Shown here: positions 22,858-36,145 of the stretch, piece by piece
Position numbering within the stretch: the stretch's first letter is position 1
Layout: each line of letters begins with the position of its first letter
Origin: Mustelus asterias
Taxonomy: Eukaryota
NCBI RefSeq assembly: GCF_964213995.1
Contig: NC_135813.1
Coordinates: 61,194,001 to 61,258,000 of the forward strand
Reading direction: 5' to 3'
Length of the DNA: 64,000 bases
Made by a program: the position numbers and the translations under genes
Notes under the pieces: model-generated
Seen by the model: the letters and a program-made list of their open reading frames with translations, nothing else
The model's database searches: none
What the model was told of the DNA's origin: nothing

Positions 22858-23187
22858 TTAGAATCCCTACAGCACAGAAAGAGGCCATTCGGCCCATCGA
22901 GTCTGCACCGACCACAATCCCACCCAGGCCCTACCCCCATATCCCTACATATTTACCCACGAATCTCTCTAACCTACGCATCCCGAGACACTAAGGGCAA
23001 TTTTAGCATGGCCAATCAACCTAACCCGCACATCTTTGGATTGTGGGAGGAAACCGGAGCACCCGGAGGAAACCCACGCAGACACGAGGAGAATGTGCAA
23101 ACTCCACACAGACAGTGACCCAAGCCGGGATTCGAACCCAGGTCCCTGGAGCTGTGAAGCAGCAGTGCTAACCACTGTGCTACCGTG
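22858..23187 (-). mobile_element. HE1-like V-SINE
   Basis: Same tripartite structure; B-box GGTTCGAATCC. Confidence 0.9.
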
Positions 23188-23569
23188 ACTGGCCGGAAGT
23201 TTTCTGAAACGAGACTTACTGTCTTCTTGGAGCGAAAATCAGCCTAATTTCATTTGGCTGCGGAGCAGCCTATGTCTCCCTATGTCTCCCTCGGCGGACT
23301 CGTCTCGAAATTTTAGGGAGAGGGCGAGCGGGAATATGGCGCCTCCTAAAACTCAAATCTTTAATTCTGTATTTTCCGTTTACCTTTGAACACCAACCCG
23401 TATCACACTTACTGATCATATATTTCAGTTATCAGTCCGAGAGGGCGTTATGTCAGGGAGAAAATAATTAACTTCCTTCTTGGTAACAGAAAATATTGCT
23501 TTGGAAGTTAATACTCACACCTTGTCCATTGCTTTACTGCTCATCAGCAAGAAATAAATATTTTCAATT

Positions 23570-24920
23570 CGCCATTTGAAATGTTGTTTCTGGCACCTCA
23601 CTTCATCTGCAGACCTGCTGTCATTTACAATTGGAGAGTTATTGCAAACAAATGAACAGCATAAAATGTAGTTTATCACTAGTGCCCTGTAGAACTGAAG
23701 CATAACCTCCACGCGTTTGTATTCAATTCACCTTGCAATTAACAGAATGCTCAATTAGCTTTCCTAATTGCCTGCATACCAATCTTTTGGGGTTAATGCG
23801 CTAGGATGCCCAAATGCCTCTGCGCCTCTGAACTCTGCGGTCTCTTACAAATTAGGTAACATGCACCTTTGTTTTTCTCCTGCCAAAATTGACAATTTCA
23901 CATTTTGTCATATTATACTCAATTTTCCAGATATTTGCCCACCCAATTAACCTATCTATATGTTCTCGTCGCATCCTCACAACTTACTTTCCTACTTATG
24001 TTTCTGACATCATCAAATTCGGCAGCCATCCCTTCAATCTCTTCCTCCATGCCATTTATAAAGATTGTAAACAGTTGAAGTTACTTATATGCTCTGTACT
24101 GAAGAAAAACGCAAAATGCGTGTATAATTCAACTACTATGTCTTTGTTTTCCATGATCAAATCTTGAGACTCACTTTCTATTGGACCAATGCCCACTTTG
24201 ATAACTCTTTTCTTATTTAAACATTGGAAAAATAAAAGCTCCTTCTATCAGTTTTTATATTTCTGGTTAGCTTTCTATCATATTTTCCTTATTAATCTTT
24301 TGGTCTTTCGTTTATATTCCTGTTATTCTCCCCAACCTCCAGATGCGCCACCTGTGTTTAAACAATTATGTCTTTTTTCTTGCAGTTCAAAAGTATCTTT
24401 AACTTTTCCGGTTAACCATGGATGGTGGTTATGTCCCTTGGACTTTTGCTTACTCATTGGAAAGATCTATTCTGAGCATTCAGAAATATTCCATTAAATA
24501 TTTGCCAATGCATCTCAATTGAGCAAATGCATCACCTAATTTGCCAATTCACTACAGCCAGCTCAGCTTTCATAACCGCAAAACTGCCCTTATATAAATT
24601 AAAAACAATGTCTCAGACTTATTTCTCTTTCCCTTAAACTGAAAATAAAAGTCAATCATATTACATTCACTCACCCTAGGGGTGCCTTCACTGTGAGATC
24701 ATTATCTCACCTCATGCACAATACCAGGTCGAGTATAGGCTAGGTTTGGTTCCAGAACTTGCTGTTCTAAGAAACTATCCTGAAAACATTCAATGATTTC
24801 CTCATCTTTGTCCTACCTTTGTCCATCTGACTTTTCCAGTGTATATGTAAATTAAAATCGCCCATGTCCATTGCCATGCCTCTCTGAAAGCTCCAATTAT
24901 TTCGTCGTTTATGCTCCACA
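23570..24920 (-). mobile_element. Highly decayed CR1 fragments
   Basis: EVMLQFYRALV remnant and nucleotide similarity to other CR1 copies; boundaries approximate. Confidence 0.6.
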
Positions 24921-25343
24921 AAGTGCAAAAAGCAAAGAGAGTGACAGTTTGGTAAGGGTAGAAGTGTAACAGTTAATCTTTTGCCACAGAGTTTATAGCT
25001 AAATGCTGCTAGGTCCTTGATAACATCAACTGTTTAGCAAGGGTTAAATCTAAAGGGCAGACAGTTAAGTCTGTTTTAAGGAAAGAAAAACCTTGGGTGG
25101 GGGTTGCGTTCATTTTAACGGGGCCCTATCAGAAATCCGGTTGAAACCAGTTCCTGAAGCAGCTGAGACAGAGACTATAAATAAAGAGGCCTCTATGCAA
25201 CCAGCACCGATTGTTCAACGAGCAAAGAGAGTGGCAATTTGGTAATTGTGGGAGTTACGTGAAAGGGGAGGGGATGTTTTTCTTTTTTGAAAGAAAGGAT
25301 TAAGTGAGATACAACACAAACAAGTGAAAGTCAGGGTCAGTAT

Positions 25344-25664
25344 GGGCGGCACGGTGGTACAGTGGTTAGCTTCACAGCTCCAGGGACCTGGGTTCGATTC
25401 CCGGCTTGGGTCACTGTCTGTGTGGCGTTTGTACATTCTCTCCGTGTCTGCATGGGTTTCCTCCGGGTGCTCTGGTTTCCTCCCACAGTCCAAGGATGTG
25501 CGGGTTAGGTTGATTGGCCATGCTAAAATTGCCCCTTAGTGTCCTGAGATGCGTGGATTAGTGGGTAAATATGCAGGGAAACGGGGGTAGGTCCTGGGTG
25601 GGATTGTGGTCGGTGCAGACTCGATGGGCCAAATGGCCTCTTTCTGCACTGTAGGGCTTCTATG
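25344..25664 (+). mobile_element. HE1-like V-SINE
   Basis: Full length; AGTAT duplication at 25339-25343 and 25665-25669. Confidence 0.9.
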
Positions 25665-25906
25665 AGTATAATAAAGTAATATAAGTGCACAAAGTAGTGC
25701 AACAGAAGTCAAATTAGCGTAAGTTTAGAGAGAGTGAAGTTCTTAAAATCCATCCAGGAGAACTTTCTGAGTCAGTATGTAAAAGGTCCTACAAGAGAGG
25801 GGTCTGAACTTAATTTTAGGTAACAAAGCCGGGCAAGTGATTGAAGTATCACTGGGGGAGCATATTGCAGACGGCAATCATAACTCTGCTGGATTCATGA
25901 TTGTCA

Positions 25907-27468
25907 ACAAAGAACAAAGAACAAAGAACAATACAGCACAGGAACAGGCCCTTCGGCCCCCCAAGCCCGCGCCGCTCCCCGGTCCAGGATTGAATCCTGA
26001 ATCCAGGATCCCCGCCCAATTTTCCAGCCTATCTACATACCAATATCCTATCCACCGAGCTGTCCCTCACAGCTACGATGCTTTGTTCATTACAACCTAT
26101 TAACTTACCCCCACCCCCCCATTCCAGACCATGTGATCTCCAGGGAGAGGCGAAAACCCAGAGTGAAAAACCCCAGGGCCAATATGGGGAAAAAAATCTG
26201 GGAAATTCCTCTCCGACCCCCTGAGGCGATCGAAACGAGTCCAGGAGATCACAATGGCCCCGATCGGAAAATGCTTCCCAACCCTAGTCATTTCCACTTC
26301 CACGAACACCATATGAATTCCCTGCCCCCGAGACAGGTTCCCAACTATCCGCAGTCTCACTCTGTACTGGCACCAGCAAGATGATCATAGAATGAAGCCT
26401 TGAAATGAGAAACCAGGAACAATTAGCCCGCGCCGCTCCCTGGTCCAAACTAGACCACTCTTTTGTATCCCTCCATTCCCACTCCGTTCATATAGCTGTC
26501 TAGATAAGTCTTAAACGTTCCCAGTGTGTCCGCCTCCACCACCTTGCCCGGCAACACATTCCAGGCCCCCACGACCCTGTGTGTGAAATATGTCCTTCTG
26601 ATATCTGTGTTAAACCTCCCCCCCCCCTTCACCTTGAACCTATGACCCCTCGTGAACGTCACCACCGACCCGGGGAAAAGCTTCCCACCGTTCACCCTAT
26701 CTATGCCTTTCATAATTTTATACACCTCTATTAAGTCTCCCCTCATCCTCTGTCTTTCCAAGGAGAACAACCCCAGTTTCCCCAATCTCTCCTCATAACC
26801 AAGCCCCTCCATACCAGGCAACATCCTGGTAAACCTCCTCTGTACTCTCTCCAAAGCCTCCACGTCCTTCTGGTAGTGTGGTGACCAGAACTGGACGCAG
26901 TATTCCAAATGCGGCCGAACCAACGTTCTATACATCTGCAACATCAGACCCCAACTCTTATACTCTATGCCCCGTCCTATAAAGGCAAGCATGCCATATG
27001 CCTTCTTCACCACCTTCTCCACCTGTGACGTCACCTTCAAAGATCTGTGGACTTGCACACCCAGGTCCCTCTGCGTCTCTACACCCTTTATGGTTCTTCC
27101 ATTTATCGTGTAGCTCCTCCCTACATTATTCCCACCAAAATGCATCACTTCGCATTTATCAGGATTGAACTCCATCTGCCATTTCCTTGCCCAAATTTCC
27201 AGCCTATCTATATCCTTCTGTAGCCTCTGACAATGTTCCTCACTATCTGCAAGTCCTGCCAGTTTTGTGTCGTCCGCAAACTTACTGATCACCCCAGTTA
27301 CTCCTTCTTCCAGATCATTTATATAAATCACAAACAGCAGAGGTCCCAATACAGAGCCCTGCGGTACACCACTAGTCACAGGCCTCCAGCCGGAAAAAGA
27401 CCCTTCCACTACCACCCTCTGTCTTCTATGACCAAGCCAGTTCTCCACCCATCTAGCCACCTCCCCCT
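25907..27468 (-). mobile_element. 5'-truncated CR1 with an extended 3' UTR
   Basis: ORF 26450-27487 with RT C-half intact; (acaaaga)n tail; TTGTCA duplication at 25901-25906 and 27469-27474. Confidence 0.92.
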
Positions 27469-27739
27469 TTGTCATTGAACAAGACAAGGATGGGCCAGAA
27501 ATCAGCGTGGGGCGCAGTGCTAACCACTGTTCTAGGGACCCTGGTTCAATTTCCGGCTTGGATCATTGTCTGTGTGTATAGGGCCAACGCTTTGTAGTAA
27601 GAAAAAAATGTGGGACCAACAAATCCAGTGAACTCTGGATATCAAGTGATATGCAGCATTGGATGAAGGGAAAAAGGGAGGATTATGGCTGACGCCGAGG
27701 GCTCCGAACAGCAGAAGCCGTAGAGGTGTATCATCGGTC

Positions 27740-28350
27740 GGGGCACTGAGTTTAAAAATTGGCAAGTCATGTTGCAGTTTTATAGAATCTTAGTTAGGTC
27801 TCACTTGGAATATACTGTTCAATTCTGGTCGCCACACGACTAGAAAGATGTGAAGGCTTTGGACAGGGTACAGAAAAGATTTACCAAGATGTTGCCTGGT
27901 ATGGAAGGCATTAGATATGAGGAAAGGTTGGAGAAAATTGGTTTGTTTTCACTGGAACGACGGAAGTTGAGGGACGACCTGATAGAAGTCGACAAGATTA
28001 TGAGGGGCATGGACAGAATGGATAGTCAGAAGCTTTTTCCCAGGTTGGAAGAGTCAATTACTAGGGGGCATAGGTTTAAGGTGCGAGGGCAAGGTTTAAA
28101 GGAGATGTACGAGGCAAGCTTTTTACACAGAGGGTGGTGGGTGCCTGCAACTCGCTGCCGGGGAGGTAGTGGAAGCAGATACGATAGTGAGTTTTAAGGG
28201 GCGTCTGGAAAAATACATGAATAGAATGGGAATAGAGGGAGATGGTCCCCGGAAGGGTAGGGGGTTTTAGTTCAGTCGTGCAGCATAGTCGGCACAGACT
28301 TGTAGGGTCGAAGGGCCTGTTCCTGAGCTGTAATTTCATTTGCTCTTTGT
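27740..28350 (+). mobile_element. CR1 3' fragment
   Basis: ORF 27850-28197 (VQKRFTKMLPG...) and 3' UTR. Confidence 0.85.
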
Positions 28351-28399
28351 TCCTGGCAAGGAACGGAGGTTCATAGCATTTTTATATAAGCATATGTTT

Positions 28400-31300
28400 C
28401 GTTTAAAAAAAGAGAAAATAAGGGGCTGAAAGGTAGTCGTGGTAGGAGAGCTTGCACCTCCGATAGATGTTTCCTTTGTTATGTGGCAAATCATGGAAGC
28501 TTCAGTTGTCCCTGGTGACCACGTGTGCAGCAAGTGTGTCCAACTGAAGCTACATTATCTACTTGCTATCCGCATTTCGGAGCTGGAGTTGAGGGCGGAT
28601 TCACTGAGGAGTATCTGCGATGCTGAGCAAGTCGTGGAAAGCACTTTCAGTGAGATGGTCACGCAGCAGGTGTAGATTACACAAGCAGGAAGGGCATGGG
28701 TGACCATCAAGCAGCGTAGAGGAAGTCAGCTCGTGCAGGAGTTCCCTGCGGCCATCCCCCTTTCTAACATATATACTATTTTGGATAGTGTTGGTGGAGA
28801 TGACTGTGCAGGGGAAAGCAGTGACAGCCAACTTCATGGCACCATTATTGGGTCTGCTGCACAAGAAGGGAGGAGGAATAATTGGAGGGCTATACTGGTA
28901 AGGGATTCAACTGTAATGGTAAGACACGGGCGTTTCTGTGGCCGCAAAAGAGACTCGTTACCTCCCTCATGCCAGGGTCAGGTATGCCACTGAACAGCTG
29001 CAGGTTATTCTGAAGGGGGAAGGTAAACAGAGAGAGATCATGGTACATGTTGGTACCAACGCTATAGGTACAAACTGAGCGAGGCCCTGCCAGCAGAATA
29101 TGCACAGTCAAAATTAGCAGAGACAGCAGGTCAATGAGGAAGGCATAGAAGTTATAGGCCACTTAAGGCGCAAGGGCATTCGACAATATTGAATGGTATT
29201 TATTGTAATGCAATGAGTCTGACGAACAAGGCAAATGAGTTGAGGGTGCAAATTAAAACATGGGGGTATTATATCATTGCTGTGGGGCAGGATTGACAGC
29301 TCAATATTCCACGATATAGGATTTTCAGACAAGACGGGGAAGAAGATAAAAGAGGCGGGTGTGTCACATTTTTAATCAACGAATCAATTACAGCAATAAG
29401 GAAGGATGGTATCTTGGAAGGGTCTACTAATGAAGCCTCGTGGTTACAACGTACAAACCAAAAGGAGCAATCACATTCCTGGAAGTGTTCTATAGGCCCC
29501 AAAACAGTCGGAGTGAAATGGAAAAGCAGATATGTAGGCAAATTTCAGAAAAGTGTAGCACTAATAGGGCAGTGGTAGTGGGGGATTTCAAATTCCTCAA
29601 TTAAAAGTTTAGAGAGAGTGAAAGTTTTAAAATGCATCCAGGAGAACTGTCTGAGCCAGTATGTAAAAGGTCCTACAAGAGAGGGGTCTGAACTTAATTT
29701 TAGGTAACAAAGCTGGGCAAGTGGTGGAAGTATCACTGGGGAAGCATTTTGCAGACAGCAATCATAACTCTGCTAGATTCATGATTGTCATTGAACAAGA
29801 CAAGGGTGGGCCAGAAATCAGAGTAGGGGCACGGTGCTAGCCATTGTGCTAGGGACTTGGTTCAATTTCTGGGTTGGGTCACTGTCTGCGTGTATAGGGC
29901 CAACACTTTGTAGGAAGGAAAAAGTGTGGGACCAACAAATCCCGTGAACTCTGGACATCAAGGAATGAAGGGAAAAAGGGAGGATTATGGCTGATGCTGA
30001 GGGCTCGGAACAGCAGAAGCCGTAGAGGTGTATAAAATGTGTAAGATGGAATTTAAAAAGGAAATTCGAAAGCAAAAAGAAGGATTTGAAAGAATACTTG
30101 CAGGTAGAAGAAAGAAAATCCTAAATTGTTTTACAAGTACATTAAGGGTAAAAGGATAACGAGGGAAAGAGTAGGGTCCATTAAGGCCCAGCATTATAAT
30201 TTGCGTGTGGAAGTTGAGGACGTAGGTAGGGTTCGACATGAATACTTTGTGTCAACGTTCACTAGCGAGACAGATGATGTGGGTTTAGAAATCAGGGAGC
30301 AGGACTGCGATACAATTAAATAAATTAACATAGAGAGGAGGTTCTGAATAGCCTGGCAGGTTTAAAAGAAGATAAATCTCCAGGCCAGGATGAAATGTAT
30401 TCCAGATTGTTGAGTGAGGCAAAGGAGGAAGTAGCAGGGCCGCTGGCAATAGTATTCAATTCCTCTCTGACCACAGGATAGGTGCCGGAAGACTGGAGGA
30501 CAATCAATGCGGTACCATTATTCAAGAAGAAATGAATGGATAATCCAGGACACTACAGGCCAATCAATGTGTCAACAGTGGAGGGGAAATGATTAGAAGC
30601 AATTATGAGCAACAGAATTACTCTGCATTTGGGGAGACAGTAATTAATTAAGAACAGGCAGCATGGTTTTGTTAAGGGAGGTCATGTCTGACCAACTTGA
30701 TTGAATTTTTCGAAGAGGTGAGCAGGTATGTAGATGAGGGCAATACACTTGACGTAGTCTTCTTGGAGGTCAGCAAGGCTTTTGACAAGGTTGGGAGACT
30801 GGTGGCTAAGGCAAGAGCCCATGGGATCCATGGGTATTTGGCAAACTGGATTCAGAATTGGCTGAATAGCAGGAAGCAGAGGGTGATGATCGAGGAGTGC
30901 TTTTCGGACTGGAAGACTGTGTCCAATGGAGTGCTGCAGGGGCCCTTGCAGTTTGTGGTTTATCTAAATGATTAAGACATAAATATAAGAGCGTTGATTA
31001 GTAAGTTCGTGAATGATCCGAAAATTATGGGTGGTAAATGGTGTGGAGGATAGCCTTAGATAACAGGGGTATATAAATGCGCTGGTCAAATGGGTTGATC
31101 GGTGGCAAATGGATTTCAATACAGATTAGTGTGACGTGATGCACTTGAGCAAGATAAACAAGAAAAAGGAATGCATGATGAACGACAGGACCCTGGGAAG
31201 CACCGAGGATCAGTGGGGCCTTGGTATGCCAGTGCACTGGTCCCCTAAAGTAGCAGAACAGGTGGATAAAGTGGTTAAGAAGGCATATGGCATACATACC

Positions 31301-31960
31301 TTTATCAGCCGAGGCATAATCTTTAAGACCAGGGTGGTTATGCTGCAGCTATGTAAAACGTTTATTAGGCCACAGTTAGTGTATTGTGTGCAGTTCTGGA
31401 ATCCATATTATAGGACGGGTGTGAAAGCAGTGGAAAAGATGCAGAGGAGATTTATCAGGATGTTGCCTGGGCTGGAGACTTTTAGTTATTATGAGTGATT
31501 GAATGAACTGGAATTGTTTTCCTTGGGGCAGAGGAAGCTGGGGAGCGGGGCGGGGGGGGGGGGGCGGTCGGGGGAAGGGGGGATATGATTGAATTGTATA
31601 AAATTATGAGGGCCATAGATAGAACAGGTAGGAAGAAACCTTTCTCCTTGGTGGAGGGATCAATGACTAAGGGGCATAGATTTAATGTAAGGGGCAGAAG
31701 ATTTAAAGGGTATGTGAGGAATAATGTTTTCACCAAGAGGGTAGTGGGAGTCTGGAGCTCACTGCCTCAAAGGGTGGTGCAGGCAGAGATCCTCATAACA
31801 TTTAAGAAGTATTTAGGTGTACACTTGCAATACCAAGGCATACAAGCTATGGGCCAACAGCTGCAAAATGGGGCTAGAATGTTGGACGGTTTATCTTTGA
31901 ACGATGCAGACGTGATGGACCGAAGGGCCTTTTTCTGTGCTGTATACCTCTGACTCTGTT
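28400..31960 (+). mobile_element. Near full-length decayed CR1 (ORF1 zinc finger/esterase plus ORF2)
   Basis: ORF1 remnants WQIMEASVVPGDHVCSKCVQL and IMVHVGTN (SGNH esterase block); endonuclease and RT remnants to about 31950. Confidence 0.85.
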
Positions 31961-32610
31961 GCTGTTTGACTCCACCCTACCATAGGCTTACCACTGGGGG
32001 CCTCTACAGGACTCGCACAAGTGACGTCTTGCAATTATCCCTTTTCATCTCTATCCAAACCATGCCCACATCCTGGTTCAATGAACCCGGGTTATTCCTC
32101 GCTTTTCTGCTGATATCATAATTACCTGCACAGCCACTCCACCAGATTTTCCTCATTAACTTCCCTTCCGAAATATGCTGCACGCTTCAATATTCAGGTC
32201 CTCTTGCAGTCAATTTTCCTTCTCTATGTCCAATCTAGTTGAAAGCTGGCGTCTCACAGCTTTTAAGACTTCGGCGCAATGGCACAAGTCACTGCTCAAT
32301 GACCATCATAATGCAAATCTTTTGCCTGAAACGAGAGGTTTTTGCAAATGGGGTATCGAAATCTCGTGATTCCAAGGTCTGTGTAATGTACACTGCATTA
32401 CTTCATCAGCACTGCACTGAAATCCATGTAATTTGTTCGCTATTAAATGCAATCTCCATTCAAAGAAGAAGTAAAATGCTGCACTTACTTAATGTCAGTT
32501 GGAAGAGTGGTTGACGAAACATTTTTTATCAGGAATTGTGCTATATTCCAGGCTAGATTGTAAAACCGAATGAGGTCTTCGGGGTGATGAATCCTAAACT
32601 GCAAGGAAAT

Positions 32611-32895
32611 TGGTGGCACAGTGGTTAACACTACTGCCTCACAGCGCCGGGGACCCAGGTTCAATACCTGGCTTGGGTCACTGTCTGTGCTGAGTCTGCA
32701 CGTTCTCGCGGTGTCTGCATGGATTTCCTCTGCGTGCCCCAGTTTCGTCCCACAGTCCAAAAGACGTGCCGATTAGCTGCTTTGGCCATGTTAATTTCTC
32801 CCTCAATGTACCCGAACAGGCGCCGGAGTGTGGCGACTAGGGGATTTTCACAGTAACTTCATTGCAGTGTTAATGTAAGTCTACACTAATAAATA
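32611..32895 (+). mobile_element. V-SINE of a second subfamily (different 3' tail)
   Basis: tRNA head and V-domain; tail ...gcagtgttaatgtaag...ctaataaata instead of the HE1 tail. Confidence 0.75.
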
Positions 32896-33237
32896 AGCAA
32901 TAACAGTATGCATCATTTTTTTGGTCCGAAACAACAGCTTGAATTCAAATCTCGTGATTCCAATGTCTCTACAATGCATTACGCTATCAGTACTGCATTG
33001 AAATTGATGTAGTTTGCTCGCTATGATGCGCAATCTCAGATTGAAAATGAGAAAACAACTGCACTTCATTCATCATATTTGGAACAATGAGTTGACAGAA
33101 CCCCATCATCAGAAATTGTGCTTCATTTCCGGATGGATTTCAAAACTGAACGCAGTCTTTGGGGAGATAAAGATTCAACTGAAAGGAATTCGAAATCACT
33201 GGGGCATGAGTAAGGAGATGTGCCACATTAAACCATC

Positions 33238-34754
33238 AGGGAGGCGACAGATGCAATTGCTGGGCCTCTAACAGAAATCTTTGTCCCTTCGCTGGGCACA
33301 GGTGAGGTCCCAGAGGACTGGAGGATAGCAAATGTGGTCCCGTTATTTATGAAGGGTAGCAAGGATAACCCGGGCAATTATAGGCCGGTGAGCTTGACGT
33401 CCGTGGTAGGGAAGTTGTTGGAGAAGATTCTTAGAGATAGGATATATGCGCATTTAGAACTGAATAATCTCATTAGCGATAGACAGCATGGTTTTGTACG
33501 AGGGAGGTCATGCCTCACAAATTTGGTGGAGTTTTTTGAGGAGGTGAACAAAAACGATTGACGATGGAAGGACCGTAGATGTTGTCTATTTGGATTTTAG
33601 TAAAGCGTTTGACAAGGTCCCTCATGGCAGGAATGGGCAAAAGGTTAAATCTCACGGGATAAAAGGTGAGCTAGCTAGATGGGTGGAGAACTGGCTTAGC
33701 CATAGAAGACAGAGGGTAGCAGTGGAGGGGTCTTTTTCCGGTTGGAGGTCTGTGACTAGTGGTGTTCCACGGGGCTCTGTACTGGGACCTCTGCTGTTTG
33801 TGATATATACAAATGATTTGGAGGAAGATGTAGCTGGTGTGATCAGTAAGTTTGCGGACAATACGAAGATTGCTGGAGTTGCGGATAGTGATGAGCATTG
33901 TCAGAGAATACAGCATGATATAGATAGGCTGGAACATTGGGCGGAGAAATGGCAGATGGTATTTAATCCAGATAAATGCGAAGTGATGCATTTCGGTAGA
34001 TCTAATGTAAGGGGGAGCTATACAATAAATGGCAGAACCATCAGGAGTATAGACACACAGAGGGACCTGGGTGTACAAGTCCACAGATCCTTAAAGGTGG
34101 CAGCACAGGTGGAGAGGGTGGTCAAGAAGGTATATGGCATGCTTGCCTTTATTGGACGGGGTATAGAATATGAAAGTTGGCATATGATGTTGAAGCTGTA
34201 TAGAACAATGGTTAGGTCACATTTGGAATACTGCACCCAGTTCTGGTCGCCACACTACCAGAAGGACGTGGAAGCTTTGGAGAGAGTACAGAGAAGGTTT
34301 ACCAGGATGTTGCCTGATATGGAGGGTCTTAGCTATGAGGAGAGATTGGGTAAACTGGTGTTGTTCTCCCTGGAAAGACGGAGGATGAGGGGCGACCTAA
34401 TAGAGGTGTATAAAATTATGAAGGGCATAGATAGAGTGAACAGTGGGAAGCTTTTTCCCAGGTCGGAGGTGACGAACACAAGGGGTCACGGGTTCAAGAT
34501 GAGGGGGGCAAGGTTCAACACAGATGTCAGGAGGACGTATTTTACACAGAGGGTGGTGGGGGCCTGGAATGCACTGCCAAGCAAGGTGATTGAGGCGGAC
34601 AAGCTGGGATCGTTTAAGACTTATCTAGATAACCACATGAACAGACTGGGAATAGAGAGATACAAAAGAATGGTCTAGTGGGCACATGCGCGGTGCAGGC
34701 TTGGAGGGCCGAAGGGCCTGTTCCTGTGCTGTATTGTTCTTTGTTCTTTGTTCT
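33238..34754 (+). mobile_element. 5'-truncated CR1
   Basis: ORFs 33334-33561 and 33590-34678; 11-bp TSD ATTAAACCATC (33227-33237, 34755-34765). Confidence 0.93.
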
Positions 34755-34840
34755 ATTAAACCATCTGATCGCAGTCTATTCTACATTTAGCCTTGATCTC
34801 TCTTTGAATAGGCTGATGTCTAATTATTTAAGGCCCATTC

Positions 34841-35688
34841 TGTTATAATTCAGATCGGAAACACCAAAGTGCTTTATTAAATCCGCCTGGATCATAAGTT
34901 TTGCAATTTGAATTTGGCTAGGGTAAGTATGAGATGTTTCACTTCAGGTATGATTCAAATGACCCAAAGGGAGATTTTATCAAACAAAGTTTATTTAAGA
35001 ATACAGTTAACATATAGCAATGACTTTACCAATTACAAACAATAAAAAACAACCATGATATTTTATAAGCCTTCACAACTTTACTAAATGCTCCAACCAA
35101 ACATACCTCCTTAAAACATACCCCTCCCACAGGTTTAACACAGAAAATAACAATGCTCACGTGATGCTGGAACTTAGTCCTTTGTTTGGAGAATTGAAAC
35201 TCTGACTTCCCAACGATATAGCAAACCTCGAGGTAGAGATAATGCCACTGTGGGCCTCTAGGTTTAAGCCAGCAAACCACTGCAAAAGACAGAATTCTCA
35301 CTCCAGGAATGCAAGAAGTCCTGCTTTCAGTTGACTAATAGAATCTACAATAGCAGGGAGAGAGAGTGAAAACCTGCCTGCAACTTGAAAGCCCGGAAAG
35401 CTTCTGACTTTGAACCAAAACTGAAAGTGAATCCTTGGATTCTTCTGGTGAGGAGCTACCTGACTTTGACTTGTCAATCATTCTTCCCCCTTAGAATTCA
35501 AAAGGTCGTAAAATCTCGGACATTGCATGAAGCCTAGAGTAAAAATATATAAGACCTATTTAAACCATTGAAGCAGCAATAAAATGACTGCTGAGTAGGC
35601 AGCCGGTGCCACAGTGAAAAAGACTGCTTACAATCTGCAGTCAACATGATTTAAAAAACATCCCTTAAAAGCACACCAGCGTCATAAC
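34841..35688 (-). mobile_element. Probable solo LTR upstream of the cluster 2 promoter
   Basis: TGTTAT...ATAAC inverted termini; AATAAA on the minus strand near 34990; flanks are contiguous in cluster 3 (about 61880). Confidence 0.6.
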
Positions 35689-35923
35689 TCGGCTAATAGT
35701 TTCATTTATTGGGTTTCTAAGAATTCCAATTGATTGCCAATTAAACAGAGTTTTAAATTGTAAAACATTTTACTAAAACTCAATCAATATAATTTCAGCT
35801 GAACTCAATCAATATTGCCGCGGTAAGATGGACAATGACATTTATCTTCAACAGCTTCAGCATGTCATGAATAGTCTGCTAATTAAAAATCCCGATCACT
35901 CACTTTTACAAACGTCAAATAGA

Positions 35924-36011
35924 CCAATTCGAACGATCCAATAAAGAGCAGTGACGTGCCATAAATTTGCATAAACCATCGATGCGAACGTGATATCCGG
36001 TGGTGTAAATA
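35924..36011 (+). promoter_or_regulatory. Ig light-chain promoter, cluster 2
   Basis: CCAAT at 35924 and 35938, TGACGT at 35952, octamer ATTTGCAT at 35965-35972, TATA-like TAAATA at 36006. Confidence 0.85.
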
Positions 36012-36096
36012 TTCTTAAAGAGAGGTTAAGAAGCTGTTGTGTTGTTAGGTTCGTGTAGCGAAACATTTTGTGCTGACGTTGATAATAATCTACAAA

Positions 36097-36145
36097 ATGT
36101 TTGTGTGGCTTCGCGTTCTCGCCGTTCTGGCACTTTGTTTGCAAT
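36097..36145 (+). CDS. IGLV: Leader exon, cluster 2
   Basis: MFVWLRVLAVLALCLQ with phase-1 donor GTAAG. Confidence 0.93.
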
